Source: the human T2T-CHM13v2.0 reference genome, Homo sapiens. Taken from it: 64,000 nt of DNA. Under the pieces are notes generated by a model. The model did not search any database, had not been told where the DNA came from, and was given only the letters and a program-made list of their open reading frames with translations. The DNA is taken from the NCBI RefSeq assembly GCF_009914755.1, contig NC_060941.1, one strand, 5' to 3'. Positions 41,830 through 54,300 of the stretch are shown one piece after another. Positions within the stretch are counted from its first letter, which is position 1. Each line of letters begins with the position of its first letter. The position numbers and the translations under genes were made by a program.

Positions 41830-42495
41830 TTTTTTTTTCAGAAACCTCCATACTATTTTCCATAATGGCTAAGCTAGTTTAAATTCCTACCAATAGTGTG
41901 CAATGGTTCTCTTTTCTCTACACCATCTCTTTTTATCTCTTGTCTTTTTTATAATAGCCATTTTAACATGTGTGAGGTGATTTCTCATTGTGGTTTTAAT
42001 TTGCATTTTCCTGATGATTAGTAATGTTGAGCATTATTTCATATATCTGTTGTCCATTAGAATGTCTTCTCTTGAGAAATGTCTATTCAGATCCTTTGCC
42101 CATTTTTTAATCTGTTTTTTTTTCTTACTATTGAGTTGTTTGGGTTTCTTATATATTTTGGATATTAACCTCTTATCAGATGTATGGTTTACAAATGTTT
42201 TCTTTCATTCTGTAGCCTATTCTTTTACTCTGTTGATTTTTTCCTTTACTGTGCAGAAGCTTTTTGGTTTGATGTAATCCCATTTGTCTACATTTGCTTT
42301 CATTGCCTGTCCGCCATTGGGATGACATCCAAAACATCACTGCCCAGGCCAATGTCTTGGATCTTTTTCATATATTTTCTTCTAGTAGTTTTATAATTTC
42401 AGCTATTACATCTAAGTCTTTAATCCATGTTGAGTTGATTTTTGTATTTGGTGTGAGATGAGGGTCTAACTTCATTTTCTGCATGTGGATATCAA
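40800..42495 (-). mobile_element. L1MA 3' fragment with an AluJ (~40980-41290)
   Basis: ORF2 C-terminal remnants ([15 protein letters not shown]...DEWIKKKWY). Confidence 0.8.
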
Positions 42496-44250
42496 GAACG
42501 TTATTTTAAAATCTTTGTCTAATATGTCTGATGTCTGGCCTTCCTCAGAGATGTGTTCTGCCAATTTACTTTCTTCTTTTGAATAGGTCATATTTTTCTG
42601 TTGTGTGTATGCTTTATGAATTTTTGTTGGAAATCGGACATTTGAAAAAACAGCGATCTCTCACAGTCTTTGCAGACAAATGCTATGGCAAGGCAAACCT
42701 TCAGTGATGGGCTAAGTATACTCTGATCTTAGGGATCAGCTCAAGGAAAAAGCTTAAGGTCTTCTCAGGTCTTTTCTGAGCATTTATCCTGCCTGGATTG
42801 AGCGGGGCTTTCTTGATTCCTCTACATACATGCCTGCTTTTGAATGTCTTAATTTCCCAAAGAATCTCACCCCAGCTCATCTTCTGAGCCTTAGATGGTT
42901 ATTCTATGTCTCTAGCTATAATCTCTTGCCTAAGACATCTGGGGGTCTATAGTCTTCTTGCAGCTTTCCTGAGCAGTGGCTGTCACTTCTCCTCACCTGA
43001 GATCTGAGTTAGGGGATACAGAAATGAATCCTTCAGGCAGTCCCCAGACAGGTTACAACATTGAAAATAAGTTTTACTATGCCCCACCAATTCCAGGGAG
43101 GAAACTAGGAGCAGTGATGCTGCCTCCTCAAGACTAAGACCTTGCCATGCAGGGCAAAAACTTGGGCAAGGGTGAGTAAAAACACCATGAAATTTCCTAC
43201 AGTTTTGAATGCTGCTTTTCCTTGATTGGGCATTCATTTAGTTGCAACAGATCTTTGTTGTTAGTTCAGCCAGTTTTGGGTTGCTTTTGATGTTTCCATG
43301 GAGAAACAGAGTTGAAGCTTCCTAATCCACTATTTTTCTGACATCATTCCTGTCACCATTTCTTTATATTAAACGCAATTCGATAATATTTTTAAGATTT
43401 TGCACCCATGATGTCCCTTTCTCCTATTCTTGTTGACAGACAATGCAATCAATAGCTTCACAAAATGAGTTGAGGATGTGAGCTGTATTTCTATTATTTC
43501 ACATTTTACCCAACATGAGGACCTTTTTGCAGTGGGAGAGTTGGTCATGGTTGGCCATACTGCCCAAAACGAAAATATACTATTTGAATCTTGCTTTTCC
43601 ATGTATCAATATAGTATATACAACAAGTTTTGCAAAAATAATAATTAGCTATTCTTTAAAAACCTTATTAACTGCATAATTTCATACATGGTATTAATGT
43701 ACCATTATTTAACTATTACCTTACAACTGAACATTGAAGTTGCTTTCAATCATTCGATATAATTATACTAGAATCTTGACTCAGTTATTTCAATGTTTGG
43801 GTATGCTAATCACACAGTCTAATTTTCATTGAGTCTAAGAGTGCCCTGGCAAAGCACTTCAATTATATATACAGATACGGTTCAGATATATACAAAGATG
43901 GTTAAATCGAGTATGGGAGGCCAGAACATGTAGACAGAAAAGAAGCCAGATTTCAGGATATAAGAAATGGAACCTTGAAGGGGAAAAATTATGTAAGAGA
44001 AGAAAGAGTCTGAATCTGTGGAAATAAAGGTTCATGGTGAAACATAAGGTTATATTTGAACCTGTGCCTTAGGTACATAATTAAGCTGAAATTATGTAAG
44101 TATATAGAGTGTATATATGTACACACAGAGAGAGACAGAAGTTTGTAAAAGTTAAATTACTGTGTCAAGTGACAAAAACTTCAAAGATTTTGATATATAT
44201 TATCAAATACTTTCCCAAATAATTGTATCAGAATTATCGCTAGCAAATTT

Positions 44251-44482
44251 ATCTTAGTGGTGATTACAGCACTTTGCCTTGAACCTTTTGGGGGGAAGAG
44301 GATATGGTATAAAAGCTACTAGAAAGCATCTTAGTGGGGATTACAGAACTTTGGCCTGTACCTTTTGCGGGGAAGAGGATGTGGTCTAAAAGCTGTTAGA
44401 AAGCATCTTAGTGGGGATTACAGAACTTTTCCCCTGTAATTTTTGGGGGTAAGAGGATGTGGTCTAAAAGCTATTAGAAAGC
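44251..44482. repeat. Tandem repeat, ~77 bp x 3
   Basis: ATCTTAGTGGGGATTACAGAACTTT...AAGAGGATGTGGTCTAAAAGCT.TTAGAAAGC repeated. Confidence 0.9.
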
Positions 44483-46174
44483 AGCATCTTTCCCTCAGTG
44501 TTTCCTGAAAACTCAGAGAGAACAAAGAGAGGCTGCCTTCTAAGAGATATTGGACCTAGCATTCATTCAAATAGGCTCCCTGGGCCTGGGTCCATAGAAG
44601 AAAGCATTTGCATATGACCCAGGGAGATTCCAAAAAAAGAGAACCTAAGTGGGGAGGACCTGACTCCTGGTAGTTGAACAAGAGTGAAGCCAGGTAAGCA
44701 CAATCATTGAAGTTTAAATTTAAAACTCAATAGTAGTCTCAATGTGGCATAATTATGCTAGAAAGCAGAGGAAGATGTATATCTCTGCCATGCTGAGCTT
44801 TCTCCTTAGTATTATAGCACAATTAGTGTTCTTTAGACCCAATTTCTTCATATTTCTTGCACATGAGGCTGCCCCAAAGGCAAGTCCACCTTCCCTGTTG
44901 ACCAGACAGAAGAGATTCTCCATCTCTACCCACAAAGGCTGCAGGAGAATCAGTTCCACTTCTACCCAGGCGCACAGCCCCAGCCCTACAATTTTCTGGT
45001 AATGCCTCACCAAGCAGCCTCTGCTCTGCTCCCCGATTCTTTTTTGCAGCCTCTCTAACTAGAGTCTTGTCCCCTTTCCTCTTAGCCCACCTTTCTGCAC
45101 TGTCTACATCAGGCTGGGCTCTGTGTAAACTTTTTTGCCTAACCCACCATACACAGAAGGGGACAGAAATCACATCTCACCCTCAGATTGATTAAGGAGG
45201 GTGCTCATACCACTGAGAAACTTGGAACCCATGGGAGCTGCAGTTGAGCCACCTTATAGAGGACCCAGCACTTGTGAACTAGCCTGGGATCCCGGTCACC
45301 CCAGTCCAACATCTGCAGCTGTGTAAAACTTTCCATAGTTGAAAATCACTGCCTTCAAGCATACATCTGGGACAAAACCCTTAAAAAATGAGCTGGGGAT
45401 TGAGCTTACCAAATCCCTAGGGCCTAAAACTTACTGGCCTCCCTTAAACCTTGGGTCTAGGTTTACAGGTTAGATGTTTCCACTGAAATCCTTTATACTT
45501 TTGACTATAGGGGAAATTCTATCAGACCTGAACTCACTATTTAGGCTTTGTTGTTGGCTATCTTTAATGGGAAAGGAGACGGCATTCAGATCTCCTTAGA
45601 GTTATGTCAGAACAGCAGGTTAGTAGGAACTGCCCACAGGGTGGGACAGAAGTTGTAAGAGCTACCTCCTGGGAAACAAAAATCATGCAACACTCTTTGC
45701 CCTCCTAGGAGGTCACTTTGCATTTAGTTCAGGACAGCACTGCTCTCATCCTTCCCGCCTTCTAGATAATAAACCAGCAGGGCATGAGGGTGCTTGGTTT
45801 TTCTTTTAGGATCTAGCAATGCAGTTCATCAGTGCCTGGTCGCATTTCACCTAAAGAACCTATTCCCCAACTCCCTGCATGTTCAGGACTCCAGGAGGAT
45901 GGATAACCCTGGGAGGTCTGGACACCCACCAAGCCTGGCCTGACCATAGAGCACTCTGCCCTCCCTGCCTCTCTAGCTCTGCTTGAACACTGCAGATCCC
46001 TGGCTCACTGGCCCCACAGCTCTTTAAATTTTCTGGTAATGCTTTAAATTTTCTGGGCTGCTCCCCAGCCCATGCAGGAGCAAAAGTTCCACCCGACCTA
46101 TAGCTTCCAAGTCCACCATTCTGAAGTCCTCAACAGCCTGCAGTTTATTAGAAGTTGCTACAGAGACAGGAAAG

Positions 46175-48184
46175 TGTTACCGGTGGAGGGTGTCCTGCTC
46201 ACTGAAACATTCTGTTTGCAGGAGAAAAACAAAAACTTGGTCTGTTCTAGGATCTATGTGTTTCCTTAAAGTCTTAGAATGAGCAACTCCATTTTGGTTT
46301 GGTTTGGTCTGTTGGGGCCATGAGCTCAGTCCAAAACACTGGCCTTTCACAATTTTGTTTTCTAAAATTCCCCCTTTTTGTTCAGGTTCTCACTTAGGTG
46401 AGAATGTAACCAAAACGTAAGGCCTTAGCGCCGCTCTCAGTTACCATCATTTTGGCTTTCCAGTCTCAGCACACCATCCATAGGTTACAGTGTCCTCATG
46501 GTCGCATATTTGTTTCACTTCTCATCATTCCAGTTGAAGAGAGACCATTTGACATTCTAGAGATGGCTGCATGCAAACATCGAAAACCTTTGAGAGAATA
46601 CAGTGCACCAGGGAGCCTATTATTATGATGACTATTGGGAGGATAATACCAAGAGTTTGGAGGATGCTCCTTGCCCAGGGTTCCCATAAACCAAACCAGT
46701 TAAAATTAAATAGATCAAATAATGAACTAAATAAAGAATCTACCAACTTAAGTAAACAATCTCCTCATTAATCCCCTACAACTGAATCTCTTAATCTTCA
46801 TTTAATGTATTTCTCCATAGACTCTAAGTGCCAGCAGCTGCACAGATACTTCTCTGTTCAGCCAATTCTATCATAACTTTCACAAAAGAATTTAAAGTCT
46901 GTTGTGTAACTATGGCCTTTACAGTAGATGTTCTGAGAACATCTATCCTATGGGTTCTAGGTTGTGAAGGGGTTGATTGTTCTCAGTGAACCATAAAAAG
47001 CTTTCTTTACCTGGTGAAAATACACTGTAGCATAATCATGGGAAAAGCTTTTATACAACAAGAAAACATGCATTGAAAGTGACATTGAATAAAATCCCTT
47101 TGTAAATGTTTAAATGGCCCATCGGGTAGCCAAATGTACCTGAAGCTTTGATTGTCTTCCCAGGAATATGGATTTGAGAAACCAAACATTGGTTATAAAC
47201 AACTTTAGCAATTTATAAGTCAGCGGTTTCCATGGCAGTTTGATTTTTAAAGGTCAAACTTCCTCGCACTTCAAAGAACGCTGAGGCCAAACAGCACCAA
47301 AGGAGAACATCACACTTTAACCCGACACAACCCTGCTTAGAACAGCAGCACAAGAGCCTGCATACATGCAACTCCATCCCACTTTACCATTCAACAGCAA
47401 ACTCCAGATTCCAAACAATATTGAGGCCAAACACTACTGCAACCGGAAGAGAAAATTCTAAGGAGGGCTTAGTACTAGGCCTAAGAACCTCTACCAAAGG
47501 AACCCCCTTGGAGAGGCTGAGGTCCAAAGGATCCTCCAGAGCATCCCCCTTTAGGGTCCAATCTTAGAGCGTCAGACGTCTCTGACCTTAGGTGGTCACC
47601 AGTGCCACTTTACATGTTTTCCCTCCAGAGGCGATGGCCTACTGTGAGCTTTCCTTTTGTCTCTGGATGAAGGCCTTGACTTCTAGCATCCTTATAATTT
47701 GATAAGGCCATGCTTTCCCATGGTTCCCATTCCACTAGAGTGATAGTCATGAACTTTAATGATATGAAATGGAGGCTAGGTGGGTTTCTTTTAACCTTAG
47801 CCAGTAGAGTAGGGGAAGGGAAGAATTTAACATAAGGAAAGAAGGTTTAAGTCACCTGAAACACGTGTGAGTTCGCCCTGGAGAAGCTGCGTCACACATA
47901 GGGATCAGGGACCACAACCAGAAAAGACAGAAAAGAGCCCTTCCCGCTTCTGGGCAGGGCAACTATCCCCATTCACTCCTTGGCCTTCAACGCAGCACTG
48001 GAGAGTAGCCCCCGGTCAGAAACCTGCAGTCGCCTCCGTGTCTAGGCGCTACCCACCAAGGATCCCACGTTGGAAAGGAAAAGAGAAAGAGAGAGATTTA
48101 CCTGTATGGAGCAGAAAGGAAAAGGGAAAGGAGAAAAATAAATCCCAGACTTTGGGCTTACCTCCTGGTTGGCTTGCCAAAATA
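46175..48184 (-). mobile_element. ERV1 (MER4/MER51-group) deleted internal region with env TM remnant and a ~20-bp stub of the 3' LTR
   Basis: ORF 46525..46746 (WFGLWEPWARSILQTLGIILPIVIIII) is env-like; polypurine tract near 46370; TGTTACCGGTGGAGGGTGTCC matches the LTR end at 48185. Confidence 0.75.
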
Positions 48185-48620
48185 TGTTACCAGTGAAGAG
48201 TGTCCAGGTTCTTGGCGTGTTGAACAAAGAACTGGACAAACACACAAACAAAGCAAGGAAAGAATGAAGCAACAAAAGCAGAGATTTATTGAAAACGAAA
48301 GTGCACTCCACAGGGTGGGAGCAGGCCCGAGGATAGCGGCTCAAGAGCCCGGTTTCAGAATTTTCTGGGGTTTAAGTACCCTCTAAAGTTTTCCCACTGG
48401 TTACTTGGTGTGCACACAATGTAAATGAAATAGGAGCCCGAGATCAGTCTGAATGGTTGCAGAAAGCGATCAATGGGAGGCTGAAGTGAAGTTACAAAGT
48501 TATGCCCTATGAAAACATCTGATTGGACGCAGAAAGCGAAGTTACAAAGTTACATTCCTATGCACATGAAGACTTGGCCCTGGAGACCAGTCTGATTGGT
48601 TGCGGGAGGGGACCAATCAG
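48162..48620 (-). promoter_or_regulatory. SLFN12: Putative LTR-derived SLFN12 promoter/first exon ending at the retroviral splice donor
   Basis: GAG|GTAAGC donor at 48161, three CCAAT boxes, TATA-like TACTTAAA at 48371-48378; same strand as SLFN12. Confidence 0.6.
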
Positions 48621-48722
48621 AGGTATTTTCAGTTTTTCAGCTGCCATGTAGAAAAGGAGGGGCTACAAAGGAAGTTTGTGGAAAGTTGGGATTTTCCTCC
48701 AGACCCTTATTCTCCTGCTTCA
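48185..48722 (-). mobile_element. MER51-type 5' LTR
   Basis: Minus strand TGAAGCAGGAGAATAAGGGTCTGGAGG...AACCTGGACACTCTTCACTGGTAACA; CCAAT boxes; AATAAA. Confidence 0.85.
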
Positions 48723-48878
48723 GAAGGGAGAGAAAGCAGACCGGGATGGGGGTGCGGGGATCTTCCCGGGAGTGGTGGGGTTGTGTTACCAGTGCCCCAC
48801 CTCCTCCCGAGCCAGCAGACTCCCCAGAAATGAAAAACTAAGGCTGGAAGGTTTAGCGATGGAGCAGGACCAACTTAC

Positions 48879-49280
48879 CAGCTCGCGGTGCTCCCTAGAA
48901 GCTGGATTCTTCGCAGGTGCGAGCACACCCCAGATGCCAGCGTGGACCCTTGAGCAACTGGAAGTTAAAAACCCACGAAAACAGCTCTGAGTGATCTCTA
49001 GGGAGCTCTCGTTTCTTTTTCACCCATGTGTATTTTCTAAGACAAAAAGAAAAAAGGTAATTTAAAGAAAACAAAGAACAAAGGAACTTGGCGAGGCCCA
49101 GGCTACAGTCCGCGGGCTCACTCTCCACAGAGTAAAAAGAACGCGAATCCTTTTCTGTTTTCCGGTCCTCCCCATCCTGGGCTGCGGCTCCACACTTCCC
49201 CAGCGTGGCCTGCATTTCTATTGGGCAGTTGGCGCTCCGGAAGTGTCCGCACTCTTTATTATCGACTCTGCGCCTTTGGG
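48879..49280 (-). promoter_or_regulatory. SLFN12: CpG-rich upstream SLFN12 promoter/alternative first exon
   Basis: CpG enrichment, ETS motif CCGGAAGTG at 49237-49245, CCAAT at 49220-49224, donor CTG|GTAAGT at 48878. Confidence 0.6.
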
Positions 49281-49967
49281 CAATTGTCACTATTTTGGTT
49301 CATCAAAATTGAAGAAATACCAGGCATTCTTACCATGCCCCTAAAGGGGTGACTCAACCTTTCCAGCTGTACTCGCATTCCCAGAGCAGCACTGCTGCCC
49401 CCTTGCTTAAAAGCACGGTTGCCCCCAGGAACCAGGCCAGGGCAGCTGTGGATGGACAGGAGAGGACAAAGGTGCAAGGAGCGGATTGCTCCAGGACAGA
49501 CAGATTCAAATACCTACCCCTGGCAGTGTAGGGAGCATCTTGGGGCCATTTGGGAGATTCCTTTATTGGGATGCTCCAAAGGCTAGTCTGGCCGGATACA
49601 GTCGTCCTGCCACTTTGCTTTCCTTTAGCCCCCTTATTATGATAATTATGGTAATACATGTTTTTCCTGCTAACTTGTCTAAGAATTGGTGTCTCAGTAC
49701 ATAGCTTTTGAAATGCACACAGGCCACGATGACTCATCACAGGGGAATGTGCAAGTCTGAGTTGCTCCTTCTCCGCAAGCTCCACCTACCCCACTCTGGA
49801 CTGCATTAACTGCCTACTGCCTATTCTAAAATCTTAAGGTACCTAGGAAGAGTACCTATTCACATTAAATAACGTATATATTGAAAGCACATAGCTGCGC
49901 TTTTCTTCTTCTCATCTGATCCAGACGCCAGCTCTATGGATACAGTCTCACCGAAGTTAAAAAACTA

Positions 49968-50910
<943 letters not shown>

Positions 50911-51108
50911 AATGCTAGTGCAGGGATTTTCCCAGAGCACCAGGATGGCTTCCAAGGCAGAAACAAAAGAGATTAAGAAGTTGTTCCCATGGGAATGTGT
51001 GTGGCAGGCATGACATATCAGATCAACTTGGAATAGAAAATGCATATCCCAAAAGGCCCCTCAAAAGTGAGCAGAGTAAAAACATTCACAGAACTTTTAA
51101 ATTATGTT

Positions 51109-51114
51109 TTTATT
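51109..51114 (-). terminator. Candidate distal SLFN13 poly(A) signal (implies a ~5.5 kb 3'UTR)
   Basis: TTTATT on the + strand with GU/U-rich sequence downstream on the minus strand; other AATAAA candidates lie nearer the stop. Confidence 0.5.
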
Positions 51115-51329
51115 AACTATTGAGTAGAAACAATATTTATAGAATACATATAAGGTATAAAGAACAAAAGTATGAACATCTGTGAACCCCTTACACGGCT
51201 AAAGAATATTAACAATAAGCCTCTCCTCAGAGGTAAAACACCATATCAAAGTTTACATTGAACCTTGTGTTGCTATTCTTTATAGTGTTTTGCGGGGAGG
51301 GGGTTGGGGGGTTGTTCTGGTTGTTTTTA

Positions 51330-54300
51330 GCCCACTGCAGCCTTCACCTCCTGGGCTCCAGTGATCCTCTCACCTCAGCCTCCCAGTAGCTGGGACTACA
51401 GGCACACACCACCAAACCCAGCTAATTTTTAAATTTTATTTCATTTTATTTTATTTTTTGTAGAGCCAGGATCTTGCTATGTTGCCAAGGCTTGTCTCTA
51501 ACCCCTGGGCTCAAGTGATTCTCCTGCCTTGGCCTCTGGAAGTGCTGAGATTACAGGTGTGAGCCACCATGCTGGCTTGCTGTTTGTTCATGCTGTAAAT
51601 TCCCTTTGTTGATTTCCAAAAGTGTTTTTATACTTCTAAGTTGCTGAGAGTCCTTATTATGAATGGATGTTGAACTTTATCAAAAGCTTTTTCCTCTATT
51701 CAGATGATCATGTGATTTTTCTCTTTTGAACTCTTAATCTGTGGTGAATTACACTGATTAATTTTTTTTTCTTGGAGACAGGGTCTCAAACTGGCACCCA
51801 GGCTAGAGTGCGGTGATGCAGTCACAGCTCAGTGCAGACTCAAACTTCTGGCCTGAAGGATCTTTCCTCCTTCAGCCTCCAGAAAGTCTGGGATTACAGG
51901 AGTGAGCCACCTCACTGGGCCTGATGATTGATTTTTTAACGCCAAAATCAACGTTGAATTCCTGACTTGAACCACCTTGGTCGTGGTGTATTATCACTTT
52001 TACAAATTGTTGGATTTTGTTTGCTAAAATTTTGTTTAGAATTTTTCATGTAGATATTTGAGTGATAATTGAGTGACCTGCAATTTTCCTTTCATACTTT
52101 ACCTATCAGACTTGTTATCAAGATTATGCCAGCCTCATGAAATTAGTTAGGAACTGTTTCCTCTTTCTAGGAAAGCATTTGAATAAGACTGAAATTCTCT
52201 AGGACTGAAATTCTCTCCTCCTTAAACTTGCTTGTTAGAACCTGCTGTGACAATGGTTACAGAATTTCTGCTTTGATCCACGAGTTAAACACTTTTTTAA
52301 TTCCAAAAGATATGAACATTTTTCTAGTTACCGTTTTATTACTAGTTTATAATGTATTTGCATGTGGGGTCAAAGAATGTGATCAGTATCAGTTCTCTGA
52401 ACTCTTTGAATAATTACTTTTTAATTAGAAAAAAATCTCAAATATTATGCGTTCAGAAGCAAAAACACCCCCCCTCCACACACACACACACACACACTTT
52501 ATTAATTACAAAAAGCAAATTGTAACTGCACAGTAGGGAAACCTGGCAGACGCCACTTTATCCAAATGATCAGAGTTAACATCATCAGGAATGGAACTAA
52601 TCACTATCAAGTGCCTTCTAATACCGTGAACTGAGAACCGTAACAGCCCTTCTATGGAATTCATGCCAAAAATGCATAACCTGAATCTAATCATGAGAAC
52701 ACATGAAATGACCCAAAATCAGATACTCTGCAAAATAATAGGCCAGTCCTCTTCAATAGTGTCAAAGATATGACAAAGACAGATTAACATCTCCAGATTA
52801 AATGAGACTTAAAAGAAAGGAAAGCTCAATACAATGCATGATCTTAGATCAAATCCTGGACCAGAACTTTTTCTCTTTTGAGAAAAAAACATAAAGACAC
52901 TTGAGGCACAACTGATATAATTCAATAAAGTCTACAGATTAGATAATAGTATCAGGGTTAATTTACTGATTTTGATGATGGTACTATAAATGTCCTTTTA
53001 GGAAACACCCACTGAAGTATTTAGTGGTAAATGGGAACCCTGTCCGCTACTTACTTTTGAATCTCAGGAAGAAAAATGGTAGAAGGAGGCACAGGGACAA
53101 GGCGAGAGAAGGCCATCAGGATCATCTGTGGTCAAAGGACTCTGGGCACACTGACATTTAATAACTAATTTTAAACTTTTGATTGTTTTATTATTATTTT
53201 GTTAGACATGGGGTCTTATTCTGTTGCCCAGGCTAGGATTCAGTGACACGATTATCGCTAACTACAGCCTTGAACTCCTGGAATCAAGCGATCCTCTCGC
53301 CTCGGCCTCTGGAATAGCTAGGACTGCAGGAGCACACCACCACACCCAGATAATTTTTTGTTGTCTTCTCGAGGGGGGGGTCATGCTATGCTGCCCAGGC
53401 TGGCCTCATATGATCCTCCCACCTCAGCCTCCTGCTAATATATAATTTAAATATTTGTCTTTCACTATGCTCAAGGCTTTACTAAGTTTTGTTAAAAGTA
53501 GGGCCAGGTGTTGACTGTTAATTCGTGAAACAAAAGATGTGACCGCTTTCCATGCTTGAGATTCAGAGCAGAAGAAGTTTAGGAAAGTCATTATGTCAAG
53601 CCAACTAGAAACTAGCAGAGACCTTGGTACAGCACTCCATAGCAAGAAGTGGCAGGAGACTACAAGGACAGATCTGTGAGCATTCCTGGAATTCTCAGAA
53701 ATCTTAAAGGAAATAAGCTAGGTTTAAAAAAATTTTAAAAAGGAGGGCACTAAGTGGGGTATATAGGAACTTTCTGTACTATGCTTGCAACTTTTCTATA
53801 TGTCTGAACTAAAATAAAAGGCTAATTTAAATTTTCAAAACATTTTGTTTCATTTTACAATGGCTGGATAGATTTTCAGATCTTTAATGAAGCAGGTCCT
53901 ATATGACTAGAGCCAAATTACAGAGATAGGCAGGTACCCATCAAAACCCAATTAAGCCTGACACAGTGGCTCATGCCTATAATCCCAGCAATGGGAGGCT
54001 AAGGCAAGAGGATCACTTGAGCCCAGGAGTTCAGGGCTCTAGTGAACTATGATCACACCACTACCCTCCAGCCTGGGAAACACAGTGAGACCTTTTCTCT
54101 TTAAAAAAAAAAAAAAAAAAAATTTACAGTTAATCTTGCTTAATCTTTTACTGGCTCATTTTTGGCTGTATCATGGAGTTGCTGGCCTCAGTCTTCTCCT
54201 TTTCCTCCATTTAATCATTTATTTTACAGAACCTTTTTTTTCAGTTTAATGAAACACAAACTCTCAATTTTTTATTTAAAACAGAAATGCAATAAATATA

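Noticed and set aside
46525-46746. env-like ORF as a domesticated envelope gene
   Set aside because: Only a 73-aa TM remnant; the rest of env is deleted or degenerate
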